A stretch of 63,917 nucleotides of DNA, filler included, from Octopus bimaculoides (GCF_001194135.2; 9 parts of 9 records of this genome joined end to end with filler, not necessarily neighbours in it); one strand, 5' to 3'; positions 26,196-39,024 are shown, counted from the first letter of the whole stretch. Made by a program: numbers and translations. Notes: generated by a model not told the origin, from the sequence alone.

Positions 26196-26406
26196 GGACG
26201 AAGCACCGGAGCTTTTAGCGCGAACGGGCGTACGTTCAGGCAAAAGGAACGGACGAAGCTCCGGCGCTCTTCGGCAGAACGGGCGTACGCTACGACAAGA
26301 GCAACGGCCGAAGCTCCGGCGCTCTTCGGCAGAACGGGCGTACGCTACGACAAGAGCGACGGACGAAGCTCCGGAGCTCTTCGACAGAACGGGCGAAGAG
26401 CGAAGA
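26196..26406. repeat. GC/CpG-rich 55 bp minisatellite (at least 3.8 units, runs into a gap)
   Basis: Units start at 26196, 26251, 26306 and 26361; consensus ggacgaagctccggcgctcttcggcagaacgggcgtacgctacgacaagagcaac. Confidence 0.95.
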
Positions 26407-26506
26407 NNNNNNNNNNNNNNNNNNNNNNNNNNNNNNNNNNNNNNNNNNNNTTAATTAATTAANNNNNNNNNNNNNNNNNNNNNNNNNNNNNNNNNNNNNN
26501 NNNNNN

Positions 26507-26584
<78 letters not shown>

Positions 26585-28728
26585 ACATATAGGTATGTGC
26601 GTATATATATATTTATATACATATACATACACAAAATGTGAAAAAGAGAGAGATATGCAGAGAAACATAGAAAGAGAGGGACAGAAAGAGGAAGAAAGTG
26701 AGAGACTACAAAAATTAATGTAAAACAGACACGAAAGCAGGAACAGATTTGCAAATTAAATGTGTAATTAAAGAAGACAAAAATCAATAAAGTTTATCAC
26801 TTACTGAATGCAATCTATAATCGTGTCGATTTAAAATTAAAAAAATACTGGATAATTCTTATAGAAGAAAGAAACAATTTTTCGCATGGTAGATGCCAAA
26901 TATTGTAGCTATATGTTCGCTGGTTGCAACCGTCATTGCTTTATTTGTTAATTTAGTTTAACATCCGTTGTAACCGTGTCTCGTAAACAGTACTTCCCTT
27001 TTCAATGCTCCTTGTTTCCGAAAATAAAAAATTCTACATCAATGCATTATCTTTTATTATTCGAAGAAACCGGCACTAGAATTATGTTATATGATACAAA
27101 ATACATTATACGCAATAGTATGAACAATATCCAGCTATAAGTATATGCGATATATTTCCTTATGTAAATTTAATGCTGAAAATTTTTTGTAACTTAAATA
27201 GTTCCAAATAAGAAGAAATAGTGTTTCCGAATTTCTTTTAAAAAATACAAATTTTCAGTAATTGTCAAGAATATGGGCTCAGTTCTCCCAGTGAATCCAG
27301 GTCTACATTCCTTAATAGACACTGCGTTCTTTAAGACGATAGAATTGTGAGAAATATTTGACCGGCATTTCCTTTTGATTCACTACCAGTTAGATGCTTA
27401 TTCATTATTATATCATATTATTGTTGGCGATGCTGTTGTTGATCTTAGCTACAACTCTATTTCAGCAGAGCTATGATTAAGCATCTTATATTAATGTTAA
27501 TCTTATATAACAGTGATTACATTGCCTATATAGTCCTTTACTTTTATAGAAAATAGGTACCCTATGATAGAATTTCCGACCGGGCGTTGCTGCGTGGATA
27601 AGAAGTTATCTTCGCAACATCAACTTTTGGGGTTCGATTCTTTTGCGTTCTGCTTTGACAGTTGACTTCTATCATAACCTTCCTATTGCAACTATATTTT
27701 GAGCGCAATTCGATAGACGTTAAGAGTAAAAATTCATCGCATATATGTATGTTGGTGCTTGCGTGTGTATGTGATTGTATGCGTGCTTGTGTTTCACCGA
27801 TCTATATACGCAAAGTTCATAAACGTTAATGAGAGGCTGGAAAACAAGTGACACTTTATTGTTACTTTTAGTGTCAAAAATTCACCAGGCAAGTTATTAG
27901 CTATTCAGCAAGCAAGCAAACGGTCATTGTTCACCACAAATACTAGAAAATTAAAACTATAAAATTCCAGCAATACGAGCAACGGCTTAAAGGCTTTTCC
28001 ATTAGTTCATTAGTTTTACTATTTTCTTTTCAAAGAATATGTTCTTACTGGCAAAAAGTACAAAATGCCAGCCGTATTGCAGTCACAAGCTATAGTTATT
28101 TTCTACTTTGCTGCAGCGAGAAGACTGATAAATATTTCACCACGCATTTACAGTTTAATAAAGGAGAAAGCGGTAGCACGAATGATGTTTTCAATACTTT
28201 AAGGCCTCGAAAACGAGTAGGAAACAGAACTATCCCTTGAATACTGAAAGTGAAAAACCAAATATTAAGTCAACTAGCCAGGAAGTGAAAATGATGACAG
28301 ATAGAATAAACATATTAAGACATGTCGTAGGACACCATACATTCCGTTAGCACATACTAAAGTGGCAGTTGATGTTAGTTGTATCAAAGGAACATGCTAT
28401 AAAGAAATTTCTTTTTACATTGCAACAATCCTTTTAATTCACAGTCTGGGTATTGTACTCGGATCATTAAATATCGCAACCAGCGAAAATACGAATATAT
28501 AAAGAGGATAACGACAATTATAAACTTTATTATTAGTAACTTAGGTGGAGCTACGTAAAGAGCGTTGCAACTAATAGTATTACAAAGAATATTTTCAAAG
28601 AACATAAACGCTCCACTATTAAAGATATAGAAAGTAAATGATTGAACTAATGTGCTACACGCACAGAAAGTCTATGCACGCACAAATTCAAACACTTGTG
28701 CGTGTGTGCGTGTGTGCGTGTGTGCGTG

Positions 28729-28766
<38 letters not shown>

Positions 28767-28866
28767 NNNNNNNNNNNNNNNNNNNNNNNNNNNNNNNNNN
28801 NNNNNNNNNNTTAATTAATTAANNNNNNNNNNNNNNNNNNNNNNNNNNNNNNNNNNNNNNNNNNNN

Positions 28867-29206
28867 AACTGATGCTTCTAATGTTCAGCTTTTCTCTCAA
28901 GATACTTACACTCTGACGGGTATTCACATTGACATTACACATCCAACGGAGCATACTGGCTTCATTCCTTGCGAGCTTACGTATGTCCTCAGCAGTTACA
29001 GCCCATGTTTCACTGCCATGTAGCATGGTTGTTCGTACGCATGCGTCATACAGTCTGCCTTTTACTCTGAGTGAGAGTCCCTTTGTCGCCAGCAGGGGTA
29101 AGAGCTCTCTAAACTTTGCCCAGGCTATTCTTATTCTAGCAGCTACACTTTCAGCGCACCCACCCCCACTACTAACTTGGGGGTGGGTGCGCTGAAAGTG
29201 TAGCTG
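28867..29206 (-). mobile_element. RTE-clade LINE fragment (same family as 6740-7820), 5'-truncated with an inverted duplication
   Basis: AARIRIAWAKFRELLPLLATKGLSLRVKGRLYDACVRTTMLHGSETWAVTAEDIRKLARNEASMLRWMC. Confidence 0.9.
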
Positions 29207-29639
29207 ACCTATGAAAATATGCAAAAAAACAAGTTGAAAAGACATGAGATGTTATACAACTGTACATCATAACGTACATCATTATCATTATTATAATAAA
29301 GTATTTTCAATGGATCAGTTTTGGGCTCTCATTTAAAGTGGTTGGCGTTAGGAAGGGCATCCAGCTGTAGAAACTCTGCCAAATTTAGATTGGAGCATGG
29401 TGTTGCCATCCGGTTTCACCAGTCCTCAGTCAAATCGTCCAACCCATGCTAGCATGGAAAGCGGACGTTAAACGATGATGATGATGATGATGATGATATA
29501 TATATATCCATTACACACAACTGTAGTTCTACAGTTGGTGTACACATTCTCTAACAAGTTCATGTAGTCTCCTTTGACTCCCTTTTCCTCCTGTGTTTTT
29601 TGTATATCATCAATTTCTAGGGAATCAAAAGCTTTTTCA

Positions 29640-30750
29640 AAATCCACAATTGTAGAATTGACTGTTTAGGGTTGATATCAAAATTGGTAAAAGAGTCAGA
29701 CAAGGAGATACCATATCACCCAAATTATTCACGTCTATATTAGAAAAGGTTTGCAAAAACACATATTGGTCAAATAAAGGAATAAATATAAATAGAAGCA
29801 TGCTAAATCATCCCATATTTGCTGATGATGTTGTACTAATTTCTAGGAGCAATAAAAAAAAAATCAACAGAAGTGCTCAGAGAACTAAAAGAAGAAAGAA
29901 AAAGAAATGTGAACTCAGAATTAATTTTAATAAAACAAAGATACTCTCAAACCATCTAATCACAGCTAGAAATGTAGTAATAGATGATGAAATAGTTGAA
30001 CATGTAAACTAATGCACCTATCATCATCATCACCATCACCCCCACCACCACCACCACCACCACCACTACCACTACCACCAACACCTATCTTTGATAAATA
30101 ATTAGCTTAAAGGGAAAAAACACCAAAGAAATTGAACAACAAATACAATTAAAATGGACAGCTGTTGGTAAATTGAATCACATCATTGTGATTCAATTTA
30201 CCAAAGGCTATAATTTGCCAAAGGCAGTAATCTGACAATAATTTGGCTATAATTTACCAAAGGCAGTAATTTGTCTATGTGTCTAAAAAGAAAGGTCTTC
30301 GACCAGTATGTGCTGCTTGCCTTTATACATGCATCAGAAACATGGACTACAAACAAGACCATTGAAAATAAATTAAGAGCAACACAAAGATCGTGGAAAG
30401 GAGAAAACTAAAGATTACCAAAATGGGTAAGTGGAGAAATAACAGGATAAGAGTAGCAACAGGTTTAATGGATATTATCTGGAAAATAAAAAGTTTGAAA
30501 TGGTTTTTTGCAGGATATGTATTTAGATGAAAAGATAACAAATGGAATACCAAACTGACACCGTGTCCAGAAAAAAAAAAGGAGGGAAGGACCATGTAGA
30601 AGCTGGAATGAAGTCCATGGTTGATGGAGAGAACATACGAGTCATTTGTCCATGTGCAAAGGTGATGATAATGATATATATAATGGGCTATTATCAGTCT
30701 TTGTTAACCAGATCTAATCAAAAGGCTTTGATCAACCCAGAGCTAGATTA
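29640..30750 (+). mobile_element. Second RTE-type LINE family, old degenerate RT fragment
   Basis: RVRQGDTISPKLF..LNHPIFADDVVLISRS..LRINFNKTKIL..KRKVFDQYVL..ASETWT; frameshifted. Confidence 0.75.
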
Positions 30751-31481
30751 GGAGACACTTGTTTGCACAACACACCTGTCCTCACTTATTACAGTAATTA
30801 CAGTAATTACAGTTCACATCACAGGACCTCATAAAGAATACTCTTCTCCTATTTCTTTCTTCCTGGAATTCACTTTCCATCCATGTTTACTTCAAAGATG
30901 TCTTTTTACAGAAATCCAAATTAAACATCAATTGTGTTGATCATTGCTGATCTTGGAGAGTGTGAAAAGTGAATTAGAAAAGAAACAAAGAAAACAAGTG
31001 AGGAGAAAGAAATTAACATGAGACAGATTGCTGCTTTCCTATCAAGAATGACATTTTTATCTACTTAACACTCCAGAAATTAGTGGTATTTAATGGACAC
31101 GTGAATTATCCCTGTGATTTATTCAAGTGTTAATCTAATCGCTTCATTGAGACTTCTAGAGATATCTAAGTCTGTCACAACTGATACCTGGTTAATTCAC
31201 TGTGGTAAATTCATTAGGCTAATTACATCACATTAAATACATTGTCTGTAAATTTTACTGCATGGCACTTTCATCACAACATAGTAATTATATCACAAAC
31301 CAATTCATTATCAGTAAATTTATCAACATGCCAAGTAGATTGTTAGTAAATTCAGCACCAAGTCAAATACCTGTAATTTATTGCAGATAAATTCATTGCC
31401 ATCTTTTTTTTTTTTTTTTTTTAAACAGAATAAATACATTACAGAGCATTATTTAATGGTATTCAAGAGGCCTCATTATCA

Positions 31482-31553
<72 letters not shown>

Positions 31554-32149
31554 TTAACATCCATGTTGGAATGGGTTGCATGGCATGACAGAAACATATG
31601 TATCCAAGAAGGCGGCGAACTGGCAGAAACGTTAGCACGCTGGGCGAAATGCTTAGTGGTATATCGTCTGTCTTTATGTTCTGTGTTCAAATTCCGCCGA
31701 GGTTGGCTTTGCCTTTCATCCTTTCGGGGTCAATAAATTAAGTACCAGTTACACACTGGGGTCGATGTAATCGACTTAATCTCTTTGTCTGTCCTTGTTT
31801 GTTCCCTCTATGTTTAGCCCCTTGTGGGCAATAAAGAAATAAGAAACATGTGTATCCAATGACTGCATGGAGCTCCAATGCCTGCTTTGGCATGGTTTCT
31901 ATGGCTGGATTCCCCATCCTAATTTCAACCATTTTACAGTGCGGACTGGGTACTTTTTTTCAAGCCTCCCACACACACTATTGAGGTTGCCATGTAGTTT
32001 GTAGGACTAAAAGCCCTGGGGTTGGTCATGGTTCAGCTTTATATTAAGGGATTAGAGGAATGGTATGAGGGAGGTGGAGCAGAGCAGGTTTCCTGCAGAG
32101 GGATCTGCATGGCTACAAAAACAAAAACAAAATCCATAAAAAATAAACG

Positions 32150-32192
<43 letters not shown>

Positions 32193-33763
32193 TCAGGCAG
32201 ATTAGAGTGAATATGGTTAAGTATGTGAGAATAGAATTCTGTCAAGACTAATCTGTCTATGCTGAACACAGCAAAGATTTTTACCTGCTTGTTCATGAAT
32301 AGTTCTGAGTGCAAGATGATGGTTATAGGCGAATGAAGGATAAAGCTATATTCAACCACAAAAATAACTGGATTTTCTGGGAGAAGAGTAATTATCAAAT
32401 ACCAATAGACAAATTCATGTCTGTGAAAGAACCAAAATTTGATTGATTTCTTTATTCTCAGATTGCACAAACAGTTTCATAAAAGGCTTTTGAAATACAA
32501 TGTTGCTTGCAAATTGTTTCTTTGTGAAAAATTAATCATATGTTCTCATTTATCTTTCACAAAACCACTGATGGATAGATTGTAATTTTCTTCATAAATC
32601 TTAATGTCAATCTTTGTATTGCATCTACTCCCTTTGAGTAAAGCTTCTTACTTCTTTTCTTTTAAACCTTACTTCCACCATCTTCTCATGGAGCATTGTA
32701 TTTTACATGTGTTCTACAAATTAATGCCTGTAGATTAAACAACTGTTAGACCAAGTTCTAATAACTGAATGATTGTCAAAGATTTAGCAGTTAAGTTTAT
32801 TGTCTGTGTCAGTTTGACTATAATCCTACAAAATCTATTGTTTACAATGGAAGCACAATATGGAATTCCTACATACTTCTTTTCCTCATATTGAGCATAG
32901 ACGCATCCCAACAGTAATATGATCAATCTATGCTGCTGATTTAGGTACCACAACGTAAAATACAAAACCACTATTTGGAGTGCAATAGCTTAATTCTTAA
33001 ACAGTTAAGTGTTGCAGCACCATGTGCCAAAAATCCACATGTGCTATAATTTCAGAAGCCATACATTCCATCATAGATGTTATGAATGCATAATTCCACA
33101 GACAAAAAGACATACAACAGAAATAATTCTTTTCATTAGTATTATTGCAAATGGAAATGAGAAAGATTTTCCTTTTTTTTTCTTTTTCTTTTTCATAATA
33201 TCATAGATCATATTCATGAGTTGATAGAGTCTTCCCTGCCACACCTTTCCTTTGTGGAAGGATGCATTATATATTCTTGGTTAATTAAATTGAGTATTTT
33301 CTAAGTGATGTGCTCATTTAGAATTATAAATACCCTACTTCAAGGAATCCTGTGTGTTCAGTGTTGCCAACATTCACCTGCTTCCAAGCAAAATAATTTT
33401 CCATATGGTTGGATATGTTTCCCTGGAAGATAGGAGTGAATAGCACCAGTGGTAGAATAGAAATGCTCATTTATAACTATTGCTCAGTATTAAGTATGGA
33501 AACACATGTGAGTGTGTATGTAGACACACACACATATATAATTATGAAGGGCTTCTTTAAATCAGAAAGTAAATTTTTAACCACATAGGCCTATATAAAA
33601 ATATATATNNNNNNNNNNNNNNNNNNNNNNNNNNNNNNNNNNNNNNNNNNNNNNNNNNNNNNNNNNNNNNNNNNNNNNNNNNNNNNNNNNNNNNNNNNNN
33701 NNNNNATATGCATATATACGTACGTATATGTACATAATTACATCTATATGTATATATATAGGC

Positions 33764-33977
33764 ACCAGTACCGCCTGACTGGCCTTCATGCCGGTGGCAT
33801 GTAAAAGCACCCTCTACACTCTCTGAGTGATTGGCGTTAGGAAGGGCATCCAGCTGTAGAAACTCTGCCAAATCAGATTGGAGCCTGGTGTAGCCATCTG
33901 GTCTCACCAGTCCTCAGTCAAATCGTCCAACCCATGCTAGCATGGAAAGCGGACGTTAAACGATAATGATGATGATA
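33764..33977 (+). mobile_element. SINE family C (octopus OK type) ending in (GAT)n
   Basis: ggaagggcatccagctgtagaaactctgcc..cagtcctcagtcaaatcgtccaacccatgctagcatggaaagcggacgttaaacgatgatg. Copies at about 1440-1740, 7860-8472, 17305-17460, 29338-29497 (+) and 19522-19630, 31860-31950, 35580-35660 (-). Confidence 0.88.
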
Positions 33978-34585
33978 TGTGGGCACAAGACGTCATGAAA
34001 CGTTTACAACAGAAAAGTATGAAGCACGAGTACATGGAACATGGGCTATTCTTTCAAACAATGAAAAACACATATGGAAAACAAAACAAACATAAAGAAC
34101 GACCCTTCATCAGTTGTTGCCTGTTTCTCTAGTCTCATATTTTGAGCATTTAACAACAATATATGCTTTCGATAAAACAGTTGCTCCCGCAAAGCAAATT
34201 AAATAAAATTTGGGATTTTGTTGAGGGTCAAAATAGGTAACACAAACAGGACAGTGAAAACAAACAGAAAGGGCTGCTGAGCCTAAACGCAGTTGTGGTG
34301 GTGAATGCGTAAATCAAGCTTGGACAGGAGACAGGCAAGAACATGTCTTCCTTGTTCCAGCTACAATAGAGAGAAAGAAAGAAACACATATCCACTCGCA
34401 AGGCTTTAGTCAGCCTGAGGCTATAGCAGAAGGCGCTTACCCAAGGTACCACACAGTGGGACTGAACCTGAAACAATGTGGTTGGGAAGACTTTTTAACC
34501 ATGCATCTATGCTTACATCTCTCTCTCTCTCAAAATATATAAAAATATATATACATACACACATTCATACATACAGACATATATA

Positions 34586-35434
34586 CAGGGTGCGGCAAGT
34601 ATACTATCATCTAAATTATGCAAATATAAAAATAACACTGACATCTCATTTTAACAGATATATTTACCAAGATTACATAAAAATATCTTGAAATATCAAA
34701 GTGTAAATTTATTCAATAAAATCGCCATTGGCTTCAACCACAGCCTCCAGACGATTTTGGAATCTCCTTTAACTCTTCTGGACAGTCTCCTTGTTGAAAT
34801 TGGTGGATGCTGCCGTAATTCTTGCCTTCAGTTCATCTTTGGTGTTACAAGAAGTTTTGTTGATCTCTTGTTCAACTGTGCCCCACACATAATAATCAAA
34901 GGGGTTGCAGTCGGGGGAGTGAGGTGGCTAGATGTTAGGGGTGATGTGGTCACAGAAATTGTCTGACAGTTATGACAGTTCTTCTGCTTGTGTGGTGCAG
35001 AGTCCAGTTATTAGATATAGGGTCCTCCAGCAGCCACCCTCTCGAGCCAGGGCAGCACTATCTTCACCAGTAGGCCTCCATGTTGAGTCTGAGGCCATGT
35101 GGGAAGATGAACAGAGGCATAACAACGTCATCACTAGTGATCAGTCCAAATACCATGATGTTGACTGGATGTTTGATTTTTATCATTCTCAGTACATGTC
35201 CTCAGATTGACACCCAAACACTGAAATGTTTGTATTGGAGCTTCTAGTGTACAGCAGTACAGCATGTCATTTCCAAATTTCTGGTAGAGTGAATTGCACC
35301 ATGGTGCTGTTTTTTTTCACAGATGGTGCCCAACTGACCCCACTATACTATGTAGTGGACAAAATCAAAAACAAACAATGAGCATGAGCGAAATTAAAAA
35401 TATAAAATGGCAACAAATTACCCATTGCACCCTG
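34586..35434 (-). mobile_element. Internally deleted maT-like Tc1/mariner element with TIRs and TA TSD
   Basis: TA|CAGGGTGC ... GCACCCTG|TA; residual DSAPH..DHITPNI*PPHSPDCNPFDYYVWGTVEQEINKTSCNTKDELKARI. Confidence 0.85.
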
Positions 35435-35502
35435 TATATATGTATGTATGTGTGTGTGCATGTAGAGAAAGGGAGAGAGAACAAGAGGCTTTTAAACACA
35501 TA

Positions 35503-35550
<48 letters not shown>

Positions 35551-35884
35551 TACATACATACATACATATGTATTATGCATCAGTGTCTACTTTGGCATGG
35601 TTTCTACAACTGGATGCCCTTCCTAATGTCAACCACTTTACCGAGTGTACGGAGTATCTTTCCTAGTGACACCAGAACTAGTGAGGATACCATGCAGCCT
35701 CTAAAACTATGAATCCTTCAACTAAGTGGGGACTACAGTAAAGAGAGTGAGGGGTGGCTTTATGCAAAGAGATAAGAGGTAAAATATAAAAGACAAGGCC
35801 AGAACAGACCAGGTTTCTTGCTGTTAAAGAGCAACAAAACTATTCACTGTGGTGTATGCGTGCGAGAAGATGTAATCGCCTTAC

Positions 35885-36060
35885 CTTGGTTTTCCTTTCA
35901 TCAACTGCGAGTCTGTCTTGCGGTATCCGATCCTTGAAGCTTGCCCCGACCCAAAGAACACCAGGAATAGCAGCTGCTTCTCCCAAACCTAGACCATCGC
36001 TTAACACGTCTTGTCCTGACCACAACCCCGTTCGAAAAGGGCACGAATGCCGATCGAGGC
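35885..36060 (-). other. Candidate first exon (probably mostly 5' UTR) of a minus-strand gene, possibly PGM3
   Basis: Ends in CCAAG|gtaagg; lies directly downstream of the CRE/ETS motifs; contains only short ATG-initiated frames (ATG GTC TAG; ATG AAA GGA AAA CCA AG from 35901). The 5' boundary is approximate. Confidence 0.5.
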
Positions 36061-36079
36061 TCCCTCTGCCCTTTTTCCC

Positions 36080-36128
36080 CTTCCGGTCAACTCGCCCTTC
36101 CGGTCAGCCTCCCCAGACACTGACGTCA
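36080..36128. promoter_or_regulatory. CpG-rich housekeeping-type promoter: CRE palindrome plus two ETS-type motifs
   Basis: TGACGTCA at 36121-36128; CTTCCGG (CCGGAAG on minus) at 36080-36086 and 36097-36103; local GC/CpG richness against an AT-rich background; strong minus-strand donor downstream at 35884. Confidence 0.6.
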
Positions 36129-38893
36129 TACCATNNNNNNNNNNNNNNNNNNNNNNNNNNNNNNNNNNNNNNNNNNNNTTAATTAATTAANNNNNNNNNN
36201 NNNNNNNNNNNNNNNNNNNNNNNNNNNNNNNNNNATATATATATGACGACGGGCTTCTTTTACTGTCCGCCTACCAAATCCACTCACAAGGCTTTGGTCG
36301 GCCCGAGGTTATAGTAGATTACACTTGCCCAAGGTGGGACTACATATATGTATATATTCTGTTACCTCTTTAGTTGTTTTAGTCATTTTACTACGGCCAT
36401 GCTGGAGCACTACCTTGAAAACCACTCCTTCGCCTTATGGTAGCTTGACTAATTGATTAAAGCTGGCCGTTATTTCAGTGCTAGAGAAATACTGATACAA
36501 AAGCGCGCACATTCCCCGCGTTACGGAAGCCATTACTGTTCCGTAAACATTGTCGTAATGTAAAGTTCTGAACGCGGAAACTTTTCCTATTGACCTCAAT
36601 GTTGCATAAAAGTTAAAAACGAAAATGCGTTTTGTATTACGGAGCTCTACGTTAACGTAATATTTTCTTAAGCATAATGCTTACGTAATGCGAGCCATAC
36701 CCGTAGGACTATAATGATAGTGGAAATGAGAGTAATGAGATTCTGCGTTAGTAATAACTGTAAAAGAATTGGCGTAGTCTGTGATAAATGGGAGCAGCTG
36801 TATGACCACAGCCGTAAAAAGAAAACCATGGCCATCACTTGCAAGCAAGTAATGTGTGATAGCATGTGTCAAGCATTATCGTTTTAAGTACCTTTGGAGT
36901 TGCGATCAGACAGGCACTAATCTCAGCTGTTTTACTCTTGAACTAGCTTGAAAACTGAGGATATAAGAGAAAGAGAGAGTGAGAAAAAGAAAGAGAGAGT
37001 GAGAAAAAGAGAGAGAGTGAGAAAAAAAGAGAGAGAGAGAGAGAGTGAGATTGGCTGCAACTCTTTTTCAGCTGTGTAAACTGGAGCAACGTAAAACGAA
37101 GTGTTTATTCAAGTACACAACGCGCTACCCGGTCCAAGAGTCGTAACCACAACCTTGTGCTAATAATCCCAACACTCAAGTCACTAAGCTGAAGAGCGTT
37201 AGAATTACCTTTTATCCTCCAAGGGGAGATAAATTAAATTACCAAACAAGAAGGAGTGTCTTTGTGGTCGGCTAAATCACAGATTTAGCATTGGTGTACA
37301 AATTGCATACTCTTATACTAAATCTATTGACAGCTACTGATGAACATGAGCTCTTTAGAAGGGAAGTTAAACTGTTATTGCACCGGGAAAAAATATAAAT
37401 TCCTACCGTCTAGATCTTTCAACAGAATAACTACGAACAACAGACTTCCGCATCATAACTGCTAGCTTCTATGAAATTAAATATATTCGAAGATAATGTT
37501 GGCCTTTAATCAAGGGATTAAATCATCTAATCTATTCTATAGTAGTGATGGTAGTATCGAGAGAGGAACCTTGATTAATCATAACAGAGTCACACTTTCA
37601 TCAATCCCAACTACCAAAATGAAAATGGAGAGAGATTACACAACATGAAACTAAAAAAAGAATAATGGAAAGAATTGTCTTACTTATTGAAATAGAAATG
37701 TGGGGGTGCCAACTGAAAGAAGAATATTAAAAGGGGGATAAAAACTGAAACACATAGTTAAAACTTTTAACATTAACAGAGACAGTAAGGCGGTGAGCTG
37801 GCAAACTCATTCAGTTAACGGGCAAAATGCTTAGCGATATTTCGTTTGTCTTGATGTTCTGAGCTTAAATTCTGCCGAGGTTGACTTTCGACTTTCATCC
37901 ATTCGCGGTTGATAAAATAAGTACCAGTTGAGTACTGAGGGTTGTTATAATCGACTTACCCTTTCCCTGAAATTTCTGACCTTGTGCCAAAATCTGAAAC
38001 CAATATCAATAAAAATGGGAGAGGTTTTTAGGAACAAAGGGTACGCTCAATCTAAATTTGCAGTCTGTAGCCGACTAGTTAAAATTATGGACGGCCTATA
38101 ACTGAAAAGCTGAAATTAAATACCGTATGTTATTTAGTTACATGCGTTTAGAACATTCTAACGATTATGCTAAATCAAAAATCCTAATTGTATAATAATA
38201 ATGCTAACATTGGAACAATAGTTTTTTGTGTGTGGGTGGGTAATGTATGGGGTTGTTAGTTGACTCTGCAGCTCCAGTACTTAGCAGGTACTTTATTTTA
38301 CTGATCCAGGATGACTGAAAGACAATGCGAATTTCGGCGCAATATGAACTGGAAGGGTACAAAGGCTGAGTAAATACTGCATGGTATGGTGGATTCTACC
38401 AATCCACGCGCAATAAAAATGAATGTTTATACCATAAACACAAAACCAGGAATTCTGGAGAAGAAGAGGAGCCGAAACCATCGACTCAGTAGATGTTTGG
38501 TACTATATTTTTTCGACCACAAAAGAATGAAAGACGAAGTTAATCTTGGTGAAATTTGAACTCAGAACGTAAAGAGCTGGAAAAAATGCCGTTACGAATT
38601 TTGTTTGACGCGATAACGGTACTGCCACCTCACTCTCATAAAACAAAAACAACAACAACAACAATAATAATAATAATAATATAATAATAACAACCCTTTC
38701 TACTATAAGCACAAGCGGGGCGGATAGTCGGTTACATCGACCCCAGTGTTTCACTGGTATTTAATTTATCGACTCCAAAAGGATGAAAGGCAAAGTCGAC
38801 CTCAGGGGAATTTGAATTCAGATTGTAAAGACGAACCGAAATGCCGCTAAACATCCTGTCCGGCGTGCTAAGGATTCTGCCAGCTCACTGCTC

Positions 38894-38896
<3 letters not shown>

Positions 38897-38975
<79 letters not shown>

Positions 38976-38986
38976 AATGATGATGG

Positions 38987-39024
<38 letters not shown>

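Noticed and set aside
26196-26406. CRISPR-like appearance of the 55 bp repeat
   Set aside because: Contiguous units with no unique spacers, eukaryotic context, no cas genes.
32275-32425. Minus-strand exon-like segment (HEFVYWYLII..)
   Set aside because: Hydrophobic translation explained by AT richness; weak donor gtaaaa; no homology.
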